Source: Callorhinchus milii | Taxonomy: Eukaryota | Length of the DNA: 64,000 nucleotides | Assembly (NCBI RefSeq): GCF_018977255.1 | Contig: NW_024704743.1 | Span: forward strand, 10,294,001 to 10,358,000 | Reading direction: 5' to 3' | Part shown: positions 1 to 12,408 of the stretch, one piece after another | Layout of the letters: every line of letters starts with the position of its first letter | How positions within the stretch are numbered: position 1 is the stretch's first letter | The notes under the pieces: model-generated | Seen by the model: the letters and a program-made list of their open reading frames with translations, nothing else | The model's database searches: none | What the model was told of the DNA's origin: nothing | Program-made: the position numbers and the translations under genes

Positions 1-1250
1 CCTTAACTCTAACCGAATAGATTCTGTTTCTGAACCCCCTAGCACATCATTCCTTTCCAGGGCCATAACTATGTCTTTAATCAATATTGACACCCCCATC
101 GCTCCTTTTTCTCCTTCTCTATCCCTTCTGAATACATTGTAGCCAGGAATATTCAGCTCGCATTCCTGCCCTTGTTTGAGCCAAGTCTCCATTATTGCCA
201 CTACATCATAACCCCGTGTGGCAATTTGAGCCACAGTTCATCAATCTTATTTGTTATATACTGTGCATTTAGACTATTGACCGAGTTTATTCTGCATTTC
301 TCCCCTCTCTAATCTCTCCTTTTTCTGGATTACTCTTTAATACATTGCTATCTGTCTCTCCCAGCCCTCTATGTATCTTGTTTGTACTCTCTAATGCTAC
401 ATCCTGATTCCGTTCCCCCCTTGAAATTAGTTTAAATGCTTCCCCACAGCACTAGTTAACCTCCCTATGAGGACACTGGTCCCAGCCCTGTTCAGGTGTA
501 AACCCATTCACCTTGTACAGGTCCCAACTGCCCTACAACTGGTCCCAATCATCCAGGAACCTCAAGCCTTCCTTTCTGCACCGTTTCTCAAGCCATGTAT
601 TCATATGTTTGATCCTGCTGTTTTGATACTCACTTGGGAGTAATCCAGAGATCACCACCTTTGAGGTCCTAGTCTTTAGCTTTTTCCCTAGCTTCTGATA
701 TTCTTACTGTAGGATCTCAGCCTTTTTTCCCCTATGTTATGGATCCCAACATGGCCCACAACTTCTAAAGGTTCCCCTTCACCTTTTAGAACGTTTTGCA
801 CCCGTTCCGTGATGCCTTCAACCCTGGCACCAGGGAGGCAACATACCATGCGAGTGTCATGTCTTTGGTTGCAGAAACCCCTGTCTACTCCTTTCACCAT
901 TGCGTTGGCATTCTTACCTGTGTCCCCTTGTGCATGCATTTGTTTTATATTGCTTTAATATAACTATCATATATTTTATAATTATGTACCTCTTTCCCCC
1001 TCTGCACTGAATTCCCACTCTCACCAAATTCCTTAACAGAATTCTCCTTCTGTTCCACCTCATTCAGTTCCCTCCTCACCAACTGGGCTCTCTGCTCAAG
1101 TGACCTGACACTATATTATAATTACTGTGTTACAAATAGGATTGGATTGAGATTGAGATTGAACTCTTCTCTTGCTGTCACTGGTGCAGTCTGAATCTAA
1201 CACCACCCGATTGAGTTTAAACAAACTTCCTCTAAATGCAGGATTGTGTG
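1..1250 (-). mobile_element. CR1 LINE, decayed 5' part: leader, ORF1 (esterase/SGNH-like) and start of ORF2 AP endonuclease
   Basis: ORF 688..939 reads DRGFC..RMVCCLPGARVEGITERVQNVLKGEG..VVGHVG, the CR1 ORF1 esterase motif. Minus strand ~230-70 reads GYDVVAIMETWLKQGQECELNIPGYNVFRRDREGEKG, an APE endonuclease N-terminus. Confidence 0.85.
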
Positions 1251-2554
1251 TAAATTTCTTCAACTATTTATTCAAGGGATATAGTTAACATGCTAAAAAA
1301 TTACTTTGCATTATACAAAGGAAACATGGCAGAGATACCTTCAGTCCTTCCTACGTCCATGGTCGGACTTCCATTTGTCAGGTTCTTTCACTTAGAATAT
1401 TATTTTAGTGCAACACAGACAGCCTTTCCTGATGCTGTTTACAAAACGATAGAGGCCTCTTTCAGACTATCCCAAACATCCCGGACTGAATGGCAGAAAT
1501 GAGAGGAAACAGGTTTGGGAATGGCAACAGAACATAATGCTGCTATTGATAATATTGCATGACAAGACCAAATCATTCAAACAAGCACTTGACAGTGGTT
1601 GGGTTTGCTTTAAGTGACCCTTGGGGCCTGCAGGATGTGCATGTATGAGGTGAATAAATCTGGTGACAAATTCAGTCATCAGGAAATCCTGGCCCTCTGT
1701 TACTTCTCCAAGTCGTGCCCACCTCAGAGGGCTTGCTGGACTCCTGTCTTTGGGCACAGTGTGTGTCTCTTCAACCAAATCTTATTTTAGGTGCTTGGCA
1801 GGGAATATTTAACTCCTTGACAGCTGCTATCTAAAGGTTGGCATCTGTGAGCTGAAGGAATTGTCACCTCTCAAAGTGGAACATTTAAACCATAGTAGGT
1901 AAAGGGAAATTTAAAGGGGCAGTGTCACTATGCAAAGTGTCATACAAGACATCAACAACAACAAATTATAATAATAATAATAATAATAATATTGCCTCTA
2001 TATAATGCCTTTCATGTTCAGTAAGGTTTCCCAAGACCTTGGACAGTGAAAATTTGTACTCAAGCTGAGGGTTGGAATCAAGAGGATTGATTTCCAGAAG
2101 GTGTGGGCATAAAGGGTGAAAGCATGATTTCCAATGGTGGAGTGGGCAGGGAGGGGGATGTGGAGCAGGCAAGTGCATTGTTGGAGATGACATCTTTGGA
2201 TGAGATTCTATAACGAGGTCCTGGCTGCCTGTTCAGGTGGATGCTAAATATCCTATGGCATTTTTCCTCTGATCCCACTCCTCCATCTACCTCCTCCTCC
2301 ACTCTGTCTTTCTTTAAATCACACTTAAACATCTCACTCTTTGACTTTGTTTATGATCCTCCCTCCCCCTCCTCATACCTTGCTTTGCATCCAACAACAT
2401 CCTGCCAAGCAGAGGGACCAAACTGGTTGGTGAAAGTTTAGTATTATAATAATAATCCTTGCATTTGATTTAGCACTTGATCATGCCATTTAGACATCTC
2501 AGAGTAGGTCGCAGATCATGATACAAGACCATGGAGGATTTTAAAGGTGGCCCG

Positions 2555-2730
2555 TACTGAGTTTGCTGGTCTCAGCTGGAATAGATGAGGGAAGATCATT
2601 GGACAATGACTACACAGAATGTGAAGGAAATATGGTCAAGGTTCTTGCTCCTGATTGCAGTCCAGTGACCTCTGCTGGAAATGCATGGTGTGACTGTCAG
2701 CTGAGGACAGTATTCGCTAAGTTGTGGTTC
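2555..2730 (+). mobile_element. Ancient SINE-like repeat body fragment, related to 17270-17550
   Basis: Degenerate similarity between the two loci (GCTG.TCTCAGC ... AAA..A.CCAAGG.TTC). Family not named. Confidence 0.35.
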
Positions 2731-3315
2731 TTGACTCAGTTGGTAGCACTCTCACCTTTGGGTCAGAATATGTGATTTGAACCCTCACATAAGCACTTGA
2801 GGTCATTACCCACTCTGACACTTCAATGCCGGAGCGCTGCATTGTTAAAGGTGTGGTCTTTTGAATGAAATGATAAACTTCGGCCTTGTCTATATTCGCC
2901 TAAAATAGTCCCATTCAAATGGGTAGTGCCTGACTCACTGCCCATCGGAGAGAGAAAGGGACAAGAGCAGAGGGAACATCCAAGAAGGAGACATTCCACT
3001 GAACATAAGTACCCTTCAATGTTTGCTGTAGTGCAAATGCAGAGCAGATTCTGAAACCATTAATCAGGTAAATTGTTCACTTGTCTCACTAAGTTTGGGA
3101 GTCAGTTGAGAACAGAGATGGAAAAAACGCACAGGGTGTAGGAGAAACAATGCCCACTTTCTAATGGAGAAAGTATTATTCCCAGCTCCTCTCAGTAATA
3201 TTTCTGCCACAAGATTGCAAGAGCTTTGGATGAAGAATGCCTTTTCTCTCTCATACCCCGTATGAAGGGTACTATATAAATGCTCATAGTTGTTGTTCCA
3301 GAATATCTTCTCTAC

Positions 3316-3740
3316 AACAACAACTTGCATTTATATAGAGCCCTTCACACAGGATAGCGTCCTGGAGTGCTTGGCAGTGGTGGAGTCTGACACCAAGGCA
3401 GGGTGAGAGGGAATTGGGAGGTGACTGTAAGCACGCTCAAAAAAGAAGGTCTTTAGGCGGAATTTGAAATTGGGTAGGGAGGGGATAAGGGGGAGGGATT
3501 GAGGGAGGGAGTTTCAGAGTTTTGGGGCATGGTGGCTGAAAGCAAGGCCGCCGATGGTGGAGTGGAGGGGGTGAAGGATCCAGAGCCAGTCGAGCAGAGG
3601 CAGCGGGTGGTGCACAGGGGGTAAGCCAATTGGATACGTAAGGAGGTGCGAGGGCATGAAGGGATTTGAAAACAAGTGAGAGGATCTTGAAGTCGATCTG
3701 GTAATTGGAAGCCAGTGCAGTACTCTGCCAACCTTCCACT
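3316..3740 (-). mobile_element. L2 LINE 3' fragment
   Basis: (CAA)n tail plus CTTGCATTTATATAG. ORF 3437..3739 reads IDFKILSLVFKSLHALAPPY, the L2 ORF2 C-terminus. Confidence 0.85.
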
Positions 3741-5269
3741 ACAGCATTGATATAATAAACCTGCCCTCAACAAACATCCCTAGATATGGATTTCAACTGC
3801 TGATTATAACAACAATAACTTACATTTATATAGCTCCCTTCATATAGGATATCATTTCACAGCACTGCACAGTGGCGAAGGGGAGAGGGAGTAACCTTAG
3901 GCACGGCCAAAGCCATAGGTTTTAACATGGGATTTAAAGACAGGTAAAAAAGAGGGAGATGGAGGGGTAGAGCCAATGAGTTCCAGAGATTAGGGGTGAA
4001 GTGGATGAAGGCCATTGATGCTAGCACAGGGGTGGATGGGGGGAAGGGGCTGGTGGGGGTTGTACAGAAAGACTGAGTTAGCTGCGCGGAGGAGGCAGAC
4101 AGAGAAGTGGATACCCTTTGTGCAAAGAAATACCTAGTGTGGGACCTAAAATTGCTCTTTGCCCTCTTGTTTTGTTGTCTTGATGTAACTGAAAGTATAG
4201 TTGTGGGTTTATTTCTATCTCATTTTGTATCATATTTCTTTATATGGTCCCCTTTCTGAGTTATTATTAATAATAATCCTTACATTTAATATAGCACCTT
4301 TCATATCAGGAGGACCCCCAAAGCACTTCATAGAATTTACTATAAAGTGCAGTGACTGTGTGTTTTGCAGACAAAGAATTGTTTCCTTTCAAGGCTAAAG
4401 AGCTCTTGTATATCTATTCATGCCGCATAACTCATCCCTCCAACCCTGAGGATCAGCTTCATTGCTTCCCTCTACACAGCCATGGATTTGGTTGGATGGG
4501 TAGAGGGGTGGGGACTGTGCCCTTTTCATTGAAGCAATCAGAACTTAAGCAATATTCCAGATGCAATTTAATTGGAGCACTGTACAGTTTGAGCAAGACA
4601 TATGGGAGCTGTGTGTTACACTAAAATTATTCCTTCAGATGAAATGTTAAACTGAGTTCCCATCTGCCTGTTCAGTGGATGTTAAAGATCTTGTGGTATT
4701 ATTTGAAAAGTAAATGGGATTTCTCCAACAATCCAGGCCAGCAATCCCCGAAACCAAATTGGTCATTCACTTCACTTCATGGTTATTTGTGCAACATTGC
4801 TGTGTGCAAATTGGATGCTGCGTTTACTTACAAAATACAGTCACTACACTCTATAATAAATCTTGTGACGTGCTTTCACTTTCTCTCAACGTCAATGAAG
4901 GAATTGCTGGTGAGTAAAATAATGCAACACATTATATAATCCTTACATTTTGATGTACCATCCAATGTGAAAGGTGTTATATCAAAATGCAAAGAGAATA
5001 TAATCTTACTCTAGATGCTGCAGTTAAATGGAAACTTCTCAATGCTTAGTAAAAATACAAATAATCTTTGCATTTTATATATCACCTCATCATTGAAACA
5101 TCTCAACGTCCTTTGTAGGATTTGCTGTAAAGTGTAGTGACTGTATATTTGTAGGTAAACAACAACAACTTGCATATATATTGCATCAATCACACAGAAT
5201 CGTTCCAAGGCAGTACTGATAATAAATTTAAGTGATTACTGATAGTTTGATATCTTGATAAGTATCTAG

Positions 5270-5678
5270 TCTTATCAGCTTCAAAACCCTCCATGGCCTT
5301 GCTACTCCCTACCTCTGTGACCTCCTAACCCCCTACCAACTTGTCTGCTCCATCTGCTCAGCGGGCTCCGGCCTGCTTCACATTCTCTGCCTTGCCCGCC
5401 CCACCATTGGCAGGCGGCCCTTCAGCCTTGATGTCCCCACCCTCTGGAACTCCATCCCATAGTCCCTCTGCCTTGCCCCCTTCCTTGCCTCCTTCAAGAC
5501 AAGTCTCAAGATCCTCCTCTTCGACCGTGCCTTTGGTCATCCTCCTACCCCTACCCTCCTCATCCTCCACCCCTCCTGATCCCAATCACCAACTCGGGTG
5601 CGGATCCCTGACTGTCCAGCGCTTTGGTACATCCTCCTGACCTGAAAGGCACTATACAAATGCAATTTGTTCTTGTAG
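5270..5678 (+). mobile_element. L2 LINE 3' fragment
   Basis: CTCCATGGCCTTGCT...CTCTGGAACTCCATCCC...GAAAGGCACTATACAAATGCAATTTGTT, the same tail as other L2 copies. Confidence 0.85.
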
Positions 5679-6179
5679 TCTGGAAACTGGTGAACTGGTG
5701 TCTGTACCAGTTATTCAGTAGTTCTACCTGTGAGCAGCTGGTGTTCTACAATAAAAAGCATTCTGAAATTGGTGGAAGGATCTGCAGGCCTGAATTTTTC
5801 GTTTTACCATTTGTCGAGTCAATGGTGCAATTGCTGGTGAATAAAATAACGCAATATATTTCAAAATCCTATTGAAATTCTGTGGGGTAAAGTTTTTCCA
5901 ATGTTACCACCGTAAAAATCTTAATGTTACCATAAGTGAGGTTCAGACCGGTCATTTTACTCTTTAAATTCTGCCTTTTTAATCTGTTTTAAGATCACCA
6001 CTGAGTATATGTTGCTATAAGCATGCTCCAGGCTGCTATCAAAAAGAGCAAGGAACACATTGCCCATTGCGCCAACATGATGGAGGTCACAACAGGCGCA
6101 ATGGGCAATATGTTCCTTTAAGCAAAACATTGTTTATTTTCAACTATTTTTGCTTTCATACACAAATATCTCTGTCTAA

Positions 6180-6690
6180 GACCATAGAATTGTAACAGCC
6201 ACCCGGGCAAATCATTCCATCCGCTGACAGCCTTCTGGAAGAAGTTCTTCTGACCTTCTCCTTCTACTCCCTTGGTAACAATTCTTGAACCTGTGCTCCC
6301 TTGTCCTCCAATTGTCTGACAGCAGAAAGACCTTTTTATGTTAAATTCTCTCAAACCCTTTCATTGTCTTAAATACCTCTATCATGTCACCTCTCTGCTC
6401 CACAGGGAAACATCCTAGCCTTTCCTCATAGCTATTTGCTTTCATCTCTAGTGTTATCCCTGTGAACCAATGCTGCATAGTTCATATAAGAGTTATACAT
6501 AGCTCTTATATTCCTTCTATTATGTGGCGTCCAAAAGTGCACACACGGCCTAACCAATGTCTTATTCATTATTATTTCCTTACTTTTATATTCATTTCCA
6601 TGAACCCCAGAATTCTGTTTCTCTACCCATGTATAATGAACTGTGTAGTTGTTCACTAGTGTTGAGATACATCGCAGCTCTTGGTGACCA
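6180..6690 (-). mobile_element. Old CR1 3' fragment
   Basis: Minus-strand peptides KTLVRP..HFWTPH and NFFQKAVSGWNDLP resemble the CR1 ORF2 C-terminus. Confidence 0.7.
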
Positions 6691-6699
6691 AGGTAAGGA

Positions 6700-6825
6700 G
6701 AAATGATTCTCCACTTTAAGAACTGTCTGATGAAGGGTCATGGACCTGAAACGTTGACTCACTTTCCTTTCTCCATAGATGCTGCTTGACCTGCTGAGTG
6801 TTTTCAGCGACTTCTGTTTTTGATC
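6700..6825 (+). mobile_element. Penelope-like element terminal fragment
   Basis: TCTGATGAAGGGTCATGGACCTGAAACGTTGACTC...AGATGCTGCTTGACCTGCTGAGT; a second, inverted copy lies at 14031-14165. Family assignment is from recollection of shark PLE ends. Confidence 0.6.
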
Positions 6826-7149
6826 CACCTTAAGGATGTTTCCTACAACATGAATATAGACCACCTCACATGATCTTCCCCTTCTCTGGCTCATGGTTAC
6901 TGCCTAATTTATTTGGGTGCAACTTTCTTCAGAGTTCAATTACTTCAGAAAGACATGCACACTCTTTTATGACCTATAACATCTACCCTTAGCTTTTCTT
7001 ACAGAAGAGGAACCTCTGCTTTCGATAGAGGTTGTTGTTACCTGACTGTTAATTCCATTCTTAAAATGTTTGTGGTCATGTACTGGGGCACGTTTACATC
7101 TCTGTATTTTTTAAATATTGGCATACTTTGGGGCAGTGTCAAAGAAATA

Positions 7150-7578
7150 ATAATAATAATAATAATACTTACATTTAGTATAATACCTTTCGTGTCAGGA
7201 GGACATGCCAAAGCACTCCACAGGATATACAGTAAAGTGGAGTGACTGTATCTTTTGTGGGTGAATGTGGCAGCCAATTTGTGCACAACAAATATCATGT
7301 GAACAAGCGATTGACATTTTTTATTTGGGGGTTTGTTAGCCATGAGACAGGGAGAATTGTGCAATGTGATATTTAAAGTCCACCTAAACAGGCAGATGGG
7401 GCCTCAATTAACGTTTCATCCAAAGGACAGTACCTCCAACAACGCAACCCCCCCTACCAGCACTGCATTGGAGTGTCGGCTTAGACTCTATGAGTTCCAA
7501 ATTTCGAAGTGAGGTTCGAACCCACAACCTTCTGACTCAGAGGCAAGAGTAGTATCAACTGAAGCAGGCTGACACACA
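7150..7578 (-). mobile_element. Older DeuSINE-type SINE (family C)
   Basis: tRNA-like head (GTGTCAGC..CAGTTG..CTCTGAGTCAGAAGGTTGTGGGTTCGAA), Deu-like body and (TTA)n tail. Confidence 0.75.
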
Positions 7579-8389
7579 AGGAAGTGAGGATGTAATGATT
7601 TCAATGATATTCTTAATTCTTTCCTGTTTATTTGCCATCAATTTAATAGCTTTCCAATTAATCTTTCAAATTTAAGCGGTCTTTAACTTTTTTTGTTAAA
7701 TCAAATTTCGGAGAAAATCAGGGTTACAAAATGACATTTACCAAAACATCTGGGAGTTTATCAGTGGAAATCATCAAAACTCTACCAGCCCTGTAAATCT
7801 CACACAGTAACTCTTAACAATGGGTGTCACTTAAACAAATTACACATATGGTCATGGCTCAGTAGACTTTTATTAAATGTTAAATGACAGATTACAGGAT
7901 CTCTTAATGAGAAAATGTTATGACCTTATTCATTAAGTTTAAAAAAGAAAGAAAATTATTAACAAATAAATGGAATGTGTAAGTATCATGATACATATGC
8001 ATGAAAGTCTCTTCATCTTAAGAAGGGCATCAGACTTGCACAAACATGGGAATCTCACTCAAATCTTATTGGAAAGATATTTAAATTGTTGGCAAATTAA
8101 CAATAAGGATCCCGGAGTGGGACACCATGCTGTTTCTCAAGATGAGAGCTTAAAATTAAGACTGCATTTGACTGCAATTTTTTATCGTAAGATCTGCAGT
8201 GTTAATTCTCACACCAGTCACATTTCCTCTCCCTCATCTTTTCCACCTCATCCTCTGCATTAGCATTCTTCACCACTTCATACTGTGTAACTATTCTTGC
8301 TGGGTGAACATTGGCGGGTTTAAATTAACATAAATGATGAACTTATTTCAGTTCAATGAACCTATTAAGCTCAACAAGGCTTTGTTTAC

Positions 8390-8404
8390 CTGGCTCTTTA
8401 TGCA
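8390..8404 (-). CDS. Candidate 15-nt micro-exon (TGCATAAAGAGCCAG) of an unidentified gene
   Basis: ctaactgac branch-like motif, ctcctttctcgcag acceptor, CAG|gtaaac donor; frame-preserving length; TE-poor flanks. Confidence 0.3.
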
Positions 8405-9289
8405 CTGCGAGAAAGGAGGTTGTATGTTGATTGAATTTAAATCGTCAGTTAGACATTTTGGAATTAAATTTTTGTCTCGCTTTAGAGGGTTAGGGGGTTA
8501 AAGACTTTTGTGCTTTGGGCGGTACTGCATGGGAGGTCTGCAGTCAAGTTTTCACCTGACCCATAGCAGCAGCAGTGTTGTATTTCAGCTATTATTTTTG
8601 GAGAGAGGGAATGAGTACAGTAGTTGTCAAAGCTGGAACGGTTTAAATATTCTGTGGGGAGAAAAATTTCTGGTGCGACTTTATAATTTATTCCCTAGTT
8701 TTATTGCTGCTGGTGATGTACTGTTTGGAGACCAGTCTAGGTCAACAATAGGTAGTCAGAATTCTTCACTCACTTACTGAAAGAACGAGCGCATTAAGCT
8801 GTTGAAGGTGCTATCTGGCATGAAGGATGCTATATAAATGCAAGTTGTTAAGTGTATACTTTGTACACAAATGAATGTCTAAATTTCTCTTTTTAAAAAA
8901 GAAGCGACAATGGGAGAACGTGTTATGTTGCCCTTTGAGAAATAAATTTGTGAACACGTTTAGGAACTTTGCATGAAAGGATAATTTCAAAATTTCAAGG
9001 CAACAAGATAATAGAACAAGAAGGTTTGTGAAGGGCAATTTCAGGACAGACACCAGGAAGGTTTTCTTTAACCAGAGGCTAATCAGAGACTGAAATAGAT
9101 TAGCAGGAAAAATGGTTTAGAAATGCAGCTTTGTGTTGTAATGGGAGGACAGTAGGTGGGTATTCTGGAGAGATGAGATCAAATGGGACAAAGGACTTTT
9201 TTCATCCAAGCCAATTTTGTGATCCTGTGATCTTTTGTCTTCATTTGACAATTACAGTCAAAGGTCACTAAAAGCGAATCCAAGAGGCA

Positions 9290-9686
9290 AACAATATAAC
9301 GACAAATTGCATTTTTATAGCACCTTTCACATTGGGAGGATGTCCCAAGGTGTTGGATGGTTGAGGGTTTGCAACCGAACTAGGGGTTGAATTCAAGAGT
9401 GGCGGAGAGCAAGGATTGAGATGATATCCAAAGGAAAGGTCAAAAAGGGAGATCTTAAGATGGACTTTGAAGGAGCAAGGCAGGGGGCAGGGTGAAGGGA
9501 CTCTGGGATGGAGACATAGGGTTGGTGGGGCGGGCAGGGTTGTAGACATAAGGCAGGCCCTTGCCTGCCAAGTGGAGGGAGCAGGTGGGTTGATAAGGTT
9601 TTAGCAGATTGCAGAGGTTGGGTGGGACTTTGAAAGTGAGGACGAGGATCTTGAACTTGATCATCTGGAGGAGAGGGAGCCAGTGT
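9290..9686 (-). mobile_element. L2 LINE 3' fragment
   Basis: ORF 9455..9664 reads IKFKILVLTFK; L2 tail at ~9290-9350. Confidence 0.85.
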
Positions 9687-9958
9687 CATTTTATACCATC
9701 TCTGTGATAATCTACATCGATGATAGTGAATAAATGCTATTTGTGATCTTCAGTGTGAAACAATAAGTGGCCAATAAGTGGTAGTACCCCATCCAGTGAG
9801 ATGAATTATCTCCAGCTCCCACCCTCCTGCTCTTGCTCAGCATCAACCGCATCCTTCCAACTGGTAGCCCACTAGCCAATTTCACCTGCCTCCTACCTCC
9901 ATTTCATCTGTCCCCCCCGCCCCACCACTCCCTCCAAAACCTGTGAATGTTATTTTAT

Positions 9959-10260
9959 GTGGAGTCCTGTAGCTCAGTGGTTAGAGCACTCACTTTGCAA
10001 GCAAGAGACCTGGGTTCGATTCCCGGCAGGGTGAAACCTTGGGCAAGTTTCCTTACTCCACACGCCTAATAATACTCCCTCAAGAAAAAATAAATAAATT
10101 GGTCACTTTAATCCACAACTATTTGTGGGACACTGCTGTGTGCAATTGGCTGCCACATTTCATCCACAAATATACAGTTAATTCACTTTACAGTCTATTC
10201 TGTGAAGCACTTTGAGACGTCTAGAAGATATGATAAGACGCTATATCAAATGCAAGGATT

Positions 10261-10295
<35 letters not shown>
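9959..10295 (+). mobile_element. tRNA-derived SINE, intermediate between subfamilies A and B
   Basis: Box A TAGCTCAGTGG, box B GGTTCGATTCC, Deu-like core, (TTA)n tail. Confidence 0.9.
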
Positions 10296-10297
<2 letters not shown>

Positions 10298-10646
10298 GTT
10301 TCTGGAAGGGAAACACAACAATATTGCTTATGTAGCCCCCGGACGTTTCTCAAATATGGCATCTGGACCTCAGCAGCCAAATGGTTCGATTTCCCTGCTC
10401 TACGTGATGGACAATATATAAATACAAGCTGCTGTTTGCTTCTGACTTTCAGATTGGATTCAGTTTAGCAACATAAGAGAACAGAAGCAGTGGGAGTCCA
10501 TTCAGCCCACCTAGGTACTGGCACCTTTGCTTTATTAGGAAGATGAAGAGGATAAAGTGTTCAGAGAAGAGCAAACAAGGATGATATTAATTTGCTTCAA
10601 GTTTCTTGAAGTTGCTTCAAGCTTCAAGTTATATGAAGAAGCTTAC

Positions 10647-10679
10647 CTCATGCATTCCCATTATAGTATCATCAGTGAT
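10647..10679 (-). CDS. Candidate 33-nt exon (ITDDTIMGMHE, phase 0-0)
   Basis: ctttgtgtag acceptor, GAG|gtaagc donor; only one frame is open. Confidence 0.3.
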
Positions 10680-11532
10680 CTACACAAAGATTATTGTGGG
10701 ACTTCAAGGAATTGAACGCTAATTCTGAAATGAGTTGTTTGCATGTGCCTGTCTCTTCAAGCGAGTGTTACACATAAAGTCCTGTTGCTGGTTTCTGCAA
10801 AAGTATTACATCAACTTAAAGTCATTTCAGCAATCTGATTCTGCCTTTGGTGGCCTTTAGCAACTATAAGTCCAACACAAACTATCCATTTCTATTTCAA
10901 AACCAGTGATCCATCTAAGAAGCCTCTTACTCCATCTCTTCACAGTGAAAATAATAATAATAATCCTTATTATTTTGATATAGCACATATAACATCACAT
11001 TTCAAAAGTGCTTCACGGATAAGTGCTGTAAAGTGAATTGTAGGAGAATGACACAGTGATTTGGGGCACAACAATATCTCACAAACAGCCACAAAGCAAA
11101 TTTATCTGGGCAATTATTGGTCAGAACATACGTTTCTTAATAATGTTGTCAGATAGTTAAAGTCCTCTAAAGTTTAATCGTCTACATCTTACAGACCTTG
11201 AATCCAAATGCAGAATAGGGATGCTACTTCATCTGAATTCTCTGTTAATAAAACTAAATTTAGATTTATTCATTTTTGGGTCTGCCAATTGTTTTCAGAC
11301 ATGTATATTTATATATATATTCATATTTATTCTTTCCCCCAAAACAGATAGCTTTTTTTAAAACAATCTGATCAATCTGTTAGTAATATTTCGGTCTTCA
11401 CACTGCGTAAATAAAGGCTGCCTGGCAATTACTGCCCTGTTTCCTTACTGCTGACATCCAAAGAAAGCAGGCGGAACACTGTGGAAGCCACAAAAACAAT
11501 CCATTTCCTTCAACCTTTCCTGCTGCATAATT

Positions 11533-11564
11533 ACTTCCTGTGTTTATCTGCTATCTGCTTCCTG
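11533..11564. promoter_or_regulatory. ETS/FOX/GATA motif cluster (putative enhancer)
   Basis: ACTTCCTG, TGTTTAT, TTATCT, CTATCT and GCTTCCTG within 32 bp of TE-free sequence. Confidence 0.35.
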
Positions 11565-12408
11565 TGCTTTACTTCTACATATTTCTGTTGCTTAAAGGAG
11601 GTTTAAGTGACATTACTCACCTGAAATCAACCACACACGTGCTGCCACTTTAATTTATTCATTCTGTGGAACCCTTCAGATTCCATTGAACTCGAACAGA
11701 TGAAGCATTTGCCATTACTTTACAGAGAAAATGCACATTAGGAAGTATCTCCCAGTGTCCTTGCCAATGAACCCCCAGATAAAATTGGTCATTCATTTCA
11801 CAGCTGTTTGTGGGGCATTGTGGCCCATAAATTGGCTACCGCATTCGCTTACAAAATTCAGGACCACTATACTTTACAGTAAATCTTTGAAACATCCTCC
11901 TGACGTGGTGAAAGGTGCTATATCAAATCCAGCACATTTAGCAATGCAACGATTCCACAGTGCTTCGCTGGAGTCTCAGGTTTGAAGCTCAATCCTGGCA
12001 TGTGGCTCAAACACACAAGTCTCTGACTCAGAGCCGAGACCGCTACCAACTGAGTCAAATTGGCATACTATCAGTTCTGAATAACTCAAGTGCTAAAGGG
12101 GTGTCCAGAGAGTTAGAACCCTACAGTTGGATAATGGCTATTAATTATCAACCAACAAAGAATTTGAAACTTTAGTATCATATAGCACCTCTATCAATCA
12201 TCCTGTCTACTTGCTTGAAGAATTTTGTTTGGCCCATTTGTGATGTTGTAATAGGGGAAAGTGGCTGAGGAAGAGGGTAGGCTCTGGTGTAAACTGACCT
12301 GGCGTTAAGCAGATTTTTTTGCCAAAACCCCCCACATGAGGACATGGACAAAATAGTTGGTCGAAACATCAAGGTATCTGGCACATCAATTCTCCTGTAA
12401 AGGTTCTT

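Noticed and set aside
3258..3350. Hairpin-like inverted repeat
   Set aside because: Two L2 3' tails in opposite orientation; the inverted pattern at 42575-42910 is likewise two SINEs.
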